Below the pieces are notes generated by a model. That model saw only the letters and a list, made by a program, of their open reading frames with translations. It did no database searches and was not told the DNA's origin. Of a stretch of 34,552 bases of DNA, positions 23,856 through 34,412 are shown piece after piece. Made by a program: the position numbers and the translations under genes. Origin of the DNA: Xylographa opegraphella (lineage: Eukaryota); NCBI GenBank assembly GCA_022813865.1, contig JALDZX010000110.1:1-34552 (forward strand), written 5' to 3'. The first letter of the stretch is position 1; the number at the start of each line of letters is the position of its first letter.

Positions 23856-25325
23856 AGGATATTCAAACCGTTCCTTCTTACACTATATCGACGCCAAAAG
23901 GCCGCCAAATCCAGTATTCGAAGATCGGTCATATAAATTTCGGACGAAATCTGCAAAACGAGAGGCAACGTGGTGACAGCACACGTTGCAAGGGGCATAC
24001 ACTGCATGCCCAGCATCAGATATTTTGTATTCAAAATGCCGGCGACGGAGTGCAGAGGGCTCTGAAACGGATCGTGAAGCTCGCGGTGGAGACATGGAGA
24101 GATGCAAGGTATCAACGCGGGCAAGCCCCGCCAGCAGGGCGCAATCAGACGTGAAGACTGCTCGAGTTCACATCCTCACGACCCTTTCCTTCCCCTCAAG
24201 TAGTCTTGGAGGTAGGGAGGGTTTGCTCCACCTTAATGGTCTTCATCGGACGCATATCTGGCTTGCAAAAAGGCAAGGCCGATCAGGGGTCGCTTGAGCA
24301 CTCCAACCACCTTGGGTACGGAGTATGCACTGTGTACGAACGAGGGAGGTACCCGTGGACCTAGGTAGTACAGGCGCTTCGCGTGATCAGTTCGGTGGCA
24401 TGCAACATTAGTATACATGATGTAGATGTCAGGGCACTACTCGCCTCGACTCATGGACCATGGTCCTCACGGTATTCCGTACTTTGATAGGTCGTGGCAC
24501 TGAATAATGGCAGTCCGCCCCGGATGGTGGCCGAGTACTCCCCCCTAAGCTCCATCAAGCATGGCGCGGTCATTAGTCGGAGTAGGGCTCTCCCCTAGGC
24601 TGTTTTGGGCGAGTAGGCGATTCAGGTAGTAGTTCACACATCAGTAGTTCTACTGAGGGGAAACGCCGAACGGGGCAGATTGACAGCAGCGAGAGTCCCG
24701 CCAGCAGCAGGCGCATTCTCAGTTCTCGGTGAAGAGCATATCAATGCACTGCTCCCTACCGAGCATCGAAAGCTTCTGCTTTAGAAGCCTTGTCGTTACC
24801 CCAGTCGACTGAGCCTCCCTTATCAGCCGCAGTCCAGCAGGGTGTGGGAGGCCACTCATGCCTGTTGCAGTCACATCCTCGCATTCTCATCTTCTTGTGC
24901 TTGGTTGTCAATATCGTCGGCTACTACTGTGCTTCGGTGGACGTGGTTCACTGACTTTTATCTAGTTTATTCGATCGTGCTCTTGACGTTCCAAGTCTAA
25001 CTCCGCGTCGTGCCTACGCTCAAGATTCTCCTCCTCTTTGCCTTCTCTCTTCCCTAATTGCGACACTTGATCATTCGAAAGACCGTTCGATATCCCACGA
25101 TACGTCTCGCCATTGTAAGGCTGGGCGCGGCTTGGATCAGTTTGAGAAGATTCCCTGTTGCTCCCGCTGAGTTGCTCTAAGTCTTAGACATCTCGTTTGA
25201 AGGCAACGTACCATATTATGCTCTAATTGCTCAACTTCTTATCAAGACAGCTCTGGTCTTAGGAGACCGATCCGGCAACGCAGCTGGTAGGGTCAACACA
25301 TTCGAGGGCCTGCCAGGCCGCGAAC

Positions 25326-28300
25326 ATGGATTTCGGGACTACTTCCTCTGTGGTCGACCGTTCGAATACTCTCGCAGCGCATCAAGAGCAAGTTCCCCAT
25401 GACCCTTTTCTTCCTCCAACGCAGAGTCTTGAGCAGTTTCCAAAAATTGGATCCGACCAGTCCCCTTACGGTGAAGAAATGGAACAAGGCATCGACAGAG
25501 GCTCGTGGTCGCACCCACCGTCTTCCAATGTACACCAGACACCTCATATGGATACCATGAGCACCTACGAGTCGTATGCTGTTCATAATTTCTCTGACGA
25601 CCGACAAATCCACGGTATTTCACCACTGACGAATGAGACTTCTGAGTCATACAATAGCACAAGTCTGGTCAATGAGTGTCTCGCAGATTTTGAATATCCT
25701 CGCGTAGATGGGTATGCGGTACACGATTTCGACAACGCTTTTCTTCTCGAAGCAAATTTTGGTCCTCTTCCGATTCCGGAGGAAGGCCTAGAGCGGTTAC
25801 AAGAGGCTGACCCTCCGGAGCCAGAAGAGCCAACCTCGGCCACATCAAACGCTGTCAGTTATACTTCACGCAGGTCTACGGGTATCGCAACTCTGTCTTC
25901 TCACTTAATGAGTCCGAGTTTGACTGAAACTTCGAGCCCGGGATCAGGAACCGATTCAATGAGCCCCAAAATTAAGACAAGGCTTTTAGGCGGTGGCCCT
26001 ATGAGTAGAATTTCATCTCATAGCACGGCTACCGACTCGAATATGCACGGCTATACCGTGCATATTCAACATACTCCTGCTCTAACTGGCAGTTCGGTTG
26101 AGGCAAGCCCGGAGCCAGCGAATAGAGCGGAGCTCTCCCAACATGCAAGTCCCGTGGTCCGTATTGAAACTTATAGCAGGGGAGACTCCCCTGCAAGAGT
26201 CGCAGAATCCATGTCAAGGACTAGGAGCAAACGTAGTCGAAACAGTCGCTCATCTTCTCACCTAGCTGCACCTTGCGACGACGACGACTCCGAGGAAAAC
26301 GATGAGGCTACTTTCACCGACCGTAGCAGAGGTCTCCGTATTTCGGGCACATCTTGGACGGACGAGGAATCTTACAGCACGGTAACACGCACTGGTCTTG
26401 ATCCACCAGCAAGAAAGAGGATGGCTGACGATACGGTCTTGAACTTCAAAGAAGAAGAAGGTAAAGCCGAGTTGGAGGCAAAAAACGCAGAAGTGTCAAA
26501 GTGGTTAGCAACCAGTGAAGTAGGCAATGAGCGTTTGAACACAGTGCAGCCTTCAAGCGGAGTGAGCAAATATTCTGCGTCCACTTCGCGCAGAAGAGCC
26601 AAAAGTACGAGTGACCAAGATGAGCTAGTGGTAAATTCCCACAAGATAGAGAGCGCTCGACGTGCCGCTCAAAGTGCCAGGATTCCAGGTCCTGGAGCAA
26701 TTCTCCTCGAAAATAGTGACGAGGACGAGGACGACGGGGAAGAGGACGTGGGCTCCACGAGCTACGCGGACTCAAGGCCAGCCAGCATCCACGAAAATGC
26801 TGAAGCTGGAATCACCTCAGAAGCTCTATTTCACGGTTCTGGAAATATAGTTGACGACCTAAAACCGTACGACGCCCATCCTTGGGCAGATTCAATTTAC
26901 CTCTATTCACGACAAGACACGCCAGGCCAACCACTCACTTCAAACGCGGCTGTCGTAAAGTTTCTAAAACGAGCAGCTGATATCGAAACAGCTTCGCGGG
27001 CAGCTACCTGGGGCACAAATGTACGAAGGTTGAGTGAAGCGGATCTCGAGCGCATGATCGGGAGAGAAGGGTTGCTCTCACGTCTTTCTATTAGCAAGAG
27101 CAGAGGTAAGGACCAAGGCGAAAGACGAGGGAGTTTCCTAGAACAGGTCGAATACGCTGCCTCCAAGCTCCTCCCCAGAAAGAGTTCCAGTAACGTGAAA
27201 CGCAAAATCAGTGAGCCGATCAACAACCTTTCTGGGGTAGCTGGAGAGCATGAGACGGCTAGGAAGGAAATGACATCCGGTAAAAAGGAGAATGTGCACG
27301 GGCGAAAGGAAAGTCTGGGAAGCCATGCAGGGTCTCCGTCAATGTCGACCAATCTCAGGCGGATGCCCAGTGTTGGCAAGAAAGCCAAGTCTCCCAAGAT
27401 CAATACTAGCAGCGCTGTTGCTGCTGTAGCTACTCAAATTGCTACTCTAGGCGGTACTGGTGCCATCAGTCCTACTGCTGTATCATCCCCGACCGGTGCC
27501 TGGAGTTCTGCTCGAAACGCGCTCAAGCGAACCGCTCGAGGAGACTTCCATCGTGTATCCTCTAACGATACAGAACAGCCAGGGATTGCTGACTTGTGGA
27601 ACCGACAAGGAGGACCACCTCTGCCGTCGTTCTCTTCACCTCCACAGGACAACGAAATTATGGCTACGCTAGGGCCAGCGGCTTTGGTAGACGATGACGC
27701 CGATGCTGACGAGATGGTGGATGAAAAGGGTATCGCCATGGACTTCACGCCGCGGAATGATCTTATTATTCCTACATACGATGGCTTCAAACGTAACGTC
27801 TCTGATATCAACCCTCGCCTAGCACATTACCTTGTGGATCGAATCGGGCAAGAACAGCTTCGACGATACAAGAAGCTGGTCGAATTTAAGGTGAAACATG
27901 CTCAGGCCCGTCAACTCGCTAACTGTGCGTCGGGGACCCACTGTTTTGACAGAGGAGGCGTACCTACATACTTTCCGTCCAAGTCGAGTCAAAAGGAACC
28001 GAGGCTCTCTCACACAGGGTTCTCAACCGTCCCTCAAGAAGAACTCGACGAAGACGAGGAAGTGGTCGCCGACGGTGCCGTAACAGCAGCTCAATTTCCA
28101 CCCGGCGTGCCAATGCCGCCAGTCAAACGGCTCCCCGCGCAATTCGAATGCCCTCTTTGCTTCACTGTCAAAAGGTTCCAGAAACCATCAGATTGGTCTA
28201 AGCATGTGCATGAGGACTTGCAACCTTTCACGTGCACATTTCCAACGTGTCCGGACCCCAAATCTTTCAAAAGGAAGGCAGACTGGGTAAGGCACGAGAA

Positions 28301-29399
28301 TGAGAGACATCGACAGTTAGAATGGTGGAGATGTACGGAGGAGGGATGCGCGCATCAATGTTTCCGCCGAGACAATTTTGTTCAACATCTAGTCCGCGAA
28401 CACAAAATGCCCGAGCCCAAGGCTAAAAACGCAAAACCTAACAAGCCTGCAGTTAGGGGACCAGCAAAAGCTAAGTCTCGGCTTACTAAAGACATGGAGA
28501 CCGATGCCTCATCTGAAGATCGAGTTCTGACTATGATTGAAACATGCCGACATGAGACTCCTAAAAGTCCCACTCAGGAAGCTTGCCGCTTTTGCGGTAA
28601 CATATGCAGTAGCTGGAAGAAACTCACAGTACATCTGGCTCGGCACATGGAACAAATCAGCATGCCGGTGCTTGAGCTGGTGAAGCAGAAAGACGTGACC
28701 CCAGATACCATTGTAAGTCCCATTGAGCCCAGGCTTTCTACACACAGTGGTCTATCACCTCTCCATCAGACCCAGTCATATCCCGACAGCAACCGAGGCG
28801 GGTCGCCACAGCGTAATGCGAGGGGAATCGATAGCGCCAAGCACGAGCTCCCGGCACCTTTTGCGCCTATTCAGAGTGCGGTAGTCTTCAATGCTCCTCG
28901 TTATGAGGACCAAGTCACAGGCACTTTCCCCTGGGGTCATCCCGGCAATACCAGACCTCATGCGCGGTCTCAGGCATCGCCGGCCGCTGACATCCAAGGT
29001 ATAAATGGCACATATCTCTCAAGTCAGATCCCTTACCAGGCAGATGACGCACTGCAATTTGTACCTCCCCATGGCGAGTCTGGATTTGTGCAACAGGAAT
29101 CGAGGTCGCATATTGACAACGTCTATCGCATTATAGGCGCACATTCTCAGCATGTGAACCAAACTCCATACGCCATGGCGAACCCGTATCATATGACCAT
29201 GGAGCAACAACCATTGTACGGCGACCCGTATATCAATGAAAGCGGCTCACCGGAATTGGGCTCTCGTCAAGTCCCAACAAATGCCGCTCTGCCTATTCAA
29301 TATAATATTTCAGACACCCTCCAATACACACAGCCGCCGACAGGTCAATCAGGGTATGCTGTCAACCACGATCAACAATTTTACGCCTATCCCATGTAA
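25326..29399 (+). CDS. C2H2 zinc-finger transcription factor C, 1357 aa, single exon
   Basis: 4-kb ORF. Fingers: FECPLCF...DWSKHVHED; QPFTCTFPTC...FKRKADWVRHENERH; WWRCTEEGC...FRRDNFVQHLVREH; CRFCGNICSSWKKLTVHLARH. Ser-rich and acidic disordered regions. Confidence 0.95.
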   Translation: MDFGTTSSVVDRSNTLAAHQEQVPHDPFLPPTQSLEQFPKIGSDQSPYGEEMEQGIDRGSWSHPPSSNVHQTPHMDTMSTYESYAVHNFSDDRQIHGISPLTNETSESYNSTSLVNECLADFEYPRVDGYAVHDFDNAFLLEANFGPLPIPEEGLERLQEADPPEPEEPTSATSNAVSYTSRRSTGIATLSSHLMSPSLTETSSPGSGTDSMSPKIKTRLLGGGPMSRISSHSTATDSNMHGYTVHIQHTPALTGSSVEASPEPANRAELSQHASPVVRIETYSRGDSPARVAESMSRTRSKRSRNSRSSSHLAAPCDDDDSEENDEATFTDRSRGLRISGTSWTDEESYSTVTRTGLDPPARKRMADDTVLNFKEEEGKAELEAKNAEVSKWLATSEVGNERLNTVQPSSGVSKYSASTSRRRAKSTSDQDELVVNSHKIESARRAAQSARIPGPGAILLENSDEDEDDGEEDVGSTSYADSRPASIHENAEAGITSEALFHGSGNIVDDLKPYDAHPWADSIYLYSRQDTPGQPLTSNAAVVKFLKRAADIETASRAATWGTNVRRLSEADLERMIGREGLLSRLSISKSRGKDQGERRGSFLEQVEYAASKLLPRKSSSNVKRKISEPINNLSGVAGEHETARKEMTSGKKENVHGRKESLGSHAGSPSMSTNLRRMPSVGKKAKSPKINTSSAVAAVATQIATLGGTGAISPTAVSSPTGAWSSARNALKRTARGDFHRVSSNDTEQPGIADLWNRQGGPPLPSFSSPPQDNEIMATLGPAALVDDDADADEMVDEKGIAMDFTPRNDLIIPTYDGFKRNVSDINPRLAHYLVDRIGQEQLRRYKKLVEFKVKHAQARQLANCASGTHCFDRGGVPTYFPSKSSQKEPRLSHTGFSTVPQEELDEDEEVVADGAVTAAQFPPGVPMPPVKRLPAQFECPLCFTVKRFQKPSDWSKHVHEDLQPFTCTFPTCPDPKSFKRKADWVRHENERHRQLEWWRCTEEGCAHQCFRRDNFVQHLVREHKMPEPKAKNAKPNKPAVRGPAKAKSRLTKDMETDASSEDRVLTMIETCRHETPKSPTQEACRFCGNICSSWKKLTVHLARHMEQISMPVLELVKQKDVTPDTIVSPIEPRLSTHSGLSPLHQTQSYPDSNRGGSPQRNARGIDSAKHELPAPFAPIQSAVVFNAPRYEDQVTGTFPWGHPGNTRPHARSQASPAADIQGINGTYLSSQIPYQADDALQFVPPHGESGFVQQESRSHIDNVYRIIGAHSQHVNQTPYAMANPYHMTMEQQPLYGDPYINESGSPELGSRQVPTNAALPIQYNISDTLQYTQPPTGQSGYAVNHDQQFYAYPM

Positions 29400-30330
29400 G
29401 ACCTTGAGCTTGTCATAGATCGATGCCGGTCGAAGATCACTCTGAGATGGGTTTGGCCTTGTCCTTTAGTTAGACACATATCAGTGCTTCGCTCATGTGA
29501 GGGGGGTAAATCTGCGAGACGACGTTATGAAACAATGTTTGTAGAACTTTGGTATTATGTACTGGGGTATTGTTGGATATGCCCGAGTTGGGACGGTTTG
29601 GGTGGGGCCTCCATCAGCGCCGTGTTCGAAAGTCATGAATCTTCACACGAAGACCACTACTCTTGCATACTCACTCCGTCTGTTATACCTGTGGTCAATT
29701 TGCTGATAAAACGTAACGATAAATTGGCGCCTCCGCGCTTTCTCGAGTATTTTGAGCCTCAAGGTTGCAACTAGGCAAGCACGAGGCAAAAAGCAGGCGT
29801 CTCCCGCGGTGTCCGCTAAACTTTCGCACGGTCAGAAGCCACGGAGGCCAAGCCTTGCCTCACTCCGCCTCATTTATCCTCATCATCAAAGCATTTCCCT
29901 CTCAAACCAAGTCTGCCCTGTGCTTGTACTTGATCCAGTATCTGTCATTTACTCGCGCCACCACTAATTGACCAAATCAGACAGCTCGAATTTTGACAAC
30001 CCAATATCCTGCACCGCCTTCAAGTCTTCTAGAAGTGCCGATGGCGAATGTCGTAGAGTCGCAGCTGTAACCCCGCTTAAAGATCAACAAGCAAGGTACG
30101 CTGGGCGAGGCTCAACGCAACGATACCTCTTTACTACTGCCTGGACCATCTGTTCTTGTCCATAACTCATTGGCTTCCAAAATTCTTTTGACCCGCCACG
30201 GTCCAAGAGTGACGAACATCTGACTGCCCACCCAATACGCATTGAGAAAGCACTCAACACTTTCTTTTCCATCTGGTTATGGTAACTAGAACCATTCGCT
30301 GGTGAAGTCGACGCCGATCGGCTATTGAAA

Positions 30331-33300
30331 ATGGCTCATAATAATCCCTACAATGGTCTTGACAGTATTCGGGATGACCGTATTGTACGAACATTCGTTT
30401 CTATTCCCTTACATGTGCTGGAGATTGACTGACGGTGACTCTTGTGTTGTGTAGCCATCGTTTAACCAGAACTTCGAACACAATCCAGAGATCTATATCA
30501 GCTCACAGGATGATATGGGACGTATGGCGCCTCCTCCAGCTCCTCTAGATACCAGGCTTGATCCTTGGCCGCGATCAGTGATGCCCGTGGTTCCTTGCTC
30601 AAATACATCGAGGAGTGATCGCGTGAGTCACAATGGTCACCGATACCATGATAGAGATTGTTTATCCAGCACTTCCGGAGACCTCGATATCTCCAGAGTC
30701 ATGCTTCCAGCCCTAAGGCCTGGTGACCAGGAGGCAGATCCATTACGGCGCTTCTGGGCGACAGACGGCCCGTGGAATCCACAGGCGATTACGGGAGGAA
30801 CTGGGAACCAAGCTCTTAGCCGGGATATCTCTTTGCAGGGTCGTGCGGTGCGCCCCCATAGCTCCTTCCTCCCTTACCGAGAACCCGCCAGATCAGATCC
30901 TGGCAGTCACTTCACAGGCAGAGGCCCCTCTGATTCTGGATACGCTACCAAGAGTCAAGTTACTCGATCCGTCGTCAGTGCTGATTATCGGGATCAGAGC
31001 CAAGAGAATCAGAGTCTGATAGGTGGCATGTTTGGTATTCAGATCCAGGCGCAAGGGAATCCGCACGACTTTTTCTACCGCGACTCCCAGGATACCCGTT
31101 CCTTGGGATACGAGAATTTGAGCAATGACGCCCAAGAAACCGTTAACAACTCATCATCCGTATATGAATGCCAAGATCGTGGTATCACTTGCAAAAATCA
31201 CTCGGACTACAAGTAAGCAATTTCGAAGCGCGTTATAGGTAATCTGTTGTAACAAAGTGTTTATTTCCAGGAAGCACCTGCAACGTTACGGAAAACCCTT
31301 TGTCTGTAAGGAAGCTGGCTGCAACCGTGGTTTGAAGGGGTTTGGTACGAAGAATGATCTCGACAGACATAAGAAAAGCGTGCATCATATCATTCCAGAG
31401 AATACGATGGATAGAAGCTTCAAGTGCGCAGGCACAAATTGTGCCAAGAAAGAAAAAGTCTGGCCGCGTCTGGATAATTTCAAGTCACATTGCATCCGAA
31501 TGCACAACACAGACGACCTCGACGAGCTCATCAAACAGTCAGCCTTCGCTTACGCACAGGGACTGTTCCATGATGCTGATGAGTCCTAGGTCTGAAGTCG
31601 AAGAATTCAAAGTACTTTCCTCTCATACCGACATGCCAAGGTTCTCTTTCGACTCCAAAGCCTCTGAATCAGAAGATGCTGATGAAAATCTGCGCCCAGA
31701 TTGTACTAGTGTCCACAGCTTAGGATTAGCTATGGAGCAAAAGGATCGTGTACCGTCTGCTCAAGCAGTGGCTGCGCATTATGGGCATTCGCTTGCTGCG
31801 GGTACAGATTCTACCGATACTTTAGAACCGGAAATGCTGCGAGGTCTGCCCGGCGGTCATCATGGAGAGCTTGAGCGGCCGGTAGGCGAGCAAGCCAAGG
31901 AGGAACCCAGGACGAGGGCCGACACTGGTTCCACAATTTATATGGACAGTGAGCAATATGCTAGGGTAAACTCAGACAACGATCGGCAACTACCTCCCGA
32001 CGCTCAACCGTCCAGCTCTTGCCGGATGATTGAGAATGATTTCCGACGGAAAGCTTACGCGGATGATCGGCAACCAAGGTTTACATCCAAAGGTCGTTTA
32101 AATGACCTATTTTCTCCGATGTTCAAAATCAAGGCACAGGAGTTTTCCAAAGCTGTCGCTTCTCAGGTTAGTGATTGCCTTAACAACACTAATTCGTCCC
32201 CGGAAGACATAGAATTGATCATTCAAACTCGGGTCATGAGTTTACTAAACGAAAGTAATCCGAAGAAGCGCAAGAGTGGTGAAATCGAATCGGAGGATTC
32301 GACTCAATCGAACACAAAACGAATTACATGTAGCGTATGTCCCAAGACAGTGGGTCGTCTGTGCGATTTAAAGTAAGTCTATTCTGGATCTTCAACCTCA
32401 TCAAAGTACATCCTAATGCTGGAAACAGAAAACATGAGAAGCGTCATTCCCGTCCATGGGGTTGTACTCACGCGAATTGTAGCAAGTCCTTTGGTAGCAA
32501 GAATGACTGGAAACGGCACGAAAATTCTCAACATCCTCAGCATAACCAGCTTGATACCTGGCGTTGTAACGAGCCAACTCCAACTAGCGAAATATATCAA
32601 TGTGCCAAGGTCTCGTATAGGCGGGATGACTTTCAAGATCATCTTAGAGTAGACCACAAAATCAACGATGAAGCTCACATACAAGAGCGGTGTAAGAAGA
32701 GTCGTATTGGACGCAATGGACAAGGTGGCTTCTGGTGCGGATTTTGCAAAGAGGTTGTGAAATTGCATACACGCGGTTTGGAAGCTTGGGATGAAAGATT
32801 CAACCATATTAACGACCACTTCAAACGGGAATTGAGCATCGCGAATTGGTATCCGGTTGACAAGGATGTACCGAAAGGACTGTTGAAGACCAGCAACATG
32901 CACAGCAATGGTGGACTTTATGCCACTATGCATGGCTCTGACTCTGAGCAAAGTGATACTGATGAAGTCTGGGGGAGAATGGGTCCACCCCAACGCCGGC
33001 CACCGCCGCCGCCACCGCCTCCACCGCCTCTTTCGCCTCCGCCTCCGCCTCCACCCAATCTTCCTGATGATGAGTCACCATCTCTCACCATCTCTCATGA
33101 ACCTTTTGTTGAATTGCATTTTGTTCCTTTACAGAAGCAAGCAAATCCAAAACGTCGAGTCAGCGCAAGTGTTAACAGAGTTCCGGAAAGTCAACGGGAA
33201 AAGCTACCGAGATTTTGGTTTTGTGTAAGTAATCAACAGGCGAGAATACTTCGACCACTTTCAGCTAAATTGAATCTATAGTGTAAATGTTCTGCAGGTC

Positions 33301-33380
33301 CTTACAATACCTCTTTTATTCACAGTTGTCTCGGAGATTCCTGCGCGCATCGAGGATGTAGCTCCTGTAAACGTGAATAA
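30331..33380 (+). CDS. Multi-finger C2H2 transcription factor D (~918 aa); exons 30331-30384, 30455-31212, 31271-31537, 31590-32372, 32429-33224, 33282-33380
   Basis: Five GT-AG introns join the ORF-track fragments into a 2757-nt frame. Fingers: KPFVCKEAGC...DLDRHKKSVH; FKCAGTNC...RLDNFKSHCIRMH; CSVC...DLKKHEKRH; RPWGCTHANC..FGSKNDWKRHENSQH; WRC...RRDDFQDHLRVDH; WCGFC...WDERFNHINDH. Also a poly-Pro tract and a terminal WFCCKC...C...C.H..C..C. Confidence 0.9.
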
Positions 33381-33443
33381 TATAAAAATAATAAATTCTA
33401 AGGAATATAATATCTAAGGAATATAATATATATATATATATAT

Positions 33444-33630
33444 TGTCACGAGCTTCCTCTTGCTGCCAGGGCTCGAAGGGCTCGTGGAAGCTTCTGTCTG
33501 CCTTAAGGGCAGGCAGCACCTTTTGCTTTATTTGCACTGTAAGCGAGATTTTATATAACAGAGTCTTCCTTTATAATTATAATAATATTTTATATATATT
33601 ACAAAATACGACGTAATTTTAATCGTTACA
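33444..33630. mobile_element. Candidate solo LTR, 187 bp
   Basis: Starts TGTCACG and ends CGTTACA, the same termini as 1118-1615. The 5' half is GC-balanced inside AT-rich DNA. Only a 4-bp ATAT flank match in a TA-rich context, so the TSD is weak. Confidence 0.5.
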
Positions 33631-34191
33631 ATATAATAATATTTTTGCATTATTAATTTTATAATATCAAAATCCTTCGCGAAATTATTAAATTTAACTT
33701 TTAAAAATTATAGTATTTTGTTTACGTAATAATTCAACCAATGAATTTTTAATTAAACTCGTTATTTTATTTAATTCGTTATTTAAATTATTCGTAAATT
33801 TATTAAATTATTTTTTAATTAAATTGTTATTTTACCAATTTCAAGTTTCGTTATGTAAATTATTCGTGATTTTTAAATTTTTAAACTAACTTTTTCGTTG
33901 AACCCGTTAGTTTATTATTTTAAATTATTTATATATTTTTTATTATTTTTTATTAAATTTATCGTTTTATTACTTTAATTTTCAAAGCCTTATCGAATTG
34001 ATTTTTTTTAAATTTTTTTCCGAATAATTATGTTTTTAGTAATTTATTTCCATGTAATATTAATTTTAATTAATATAATTTTATCGTGTTAATTGCAGCG
34101 AAACTTTTTATTTTAAATTGAATATTCCTTGAATTTTTTATTTGAACGTCCTCGATTTTTTTTACTATTTTGGGTTATTCGTGTAACGGCG

Positions 34192-34412
34192 TGTTACATG
34201 GCACCTTAACAAGTGATAGACGGAACGGGACTAAAGCGCGTCCGGGACTCAGGCTAGTTCGAAAGCGGTTAGGAGTCTTGGCGTCAGCACTGTTTATTTT
34301 AACTTCTACGTGTATTACTAAACTTGCTTCTTTATATTATTCTAGGTTGAAATCGCTCACTTATAGCTGTGGTTCTAGGCCTGCTTTTCTGGTGAGATAG
34401 CGAGCTGTAACA
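34192..34412. mobile_element. LTR related to the 1149-1331 element (5' boundary at 34192 or 34182)
   Basis: Perfect terminal inverted repeat TGTTACA...TGTAACA. 34342-34412 matches 1261-1331 at 55 of 71 positions ungapped (hand count). No clear TSD. Confidence 0.7.

Noticed and set aside
34170..34400. 76-aa ORF near the right end
   Set aside because: It coincides with the LTR, has a non-ATG start and shows no protein features.
1149..34412. Whole island as one giant LTR element or Starship-like mobile element
   Set aside because: The left LTR has its own TSD, the two LTRs are only ~77% alike over their tails, and no gag/pol or tyrosine-recombinase captain gene is present; the cargo includes the core gene stt3.
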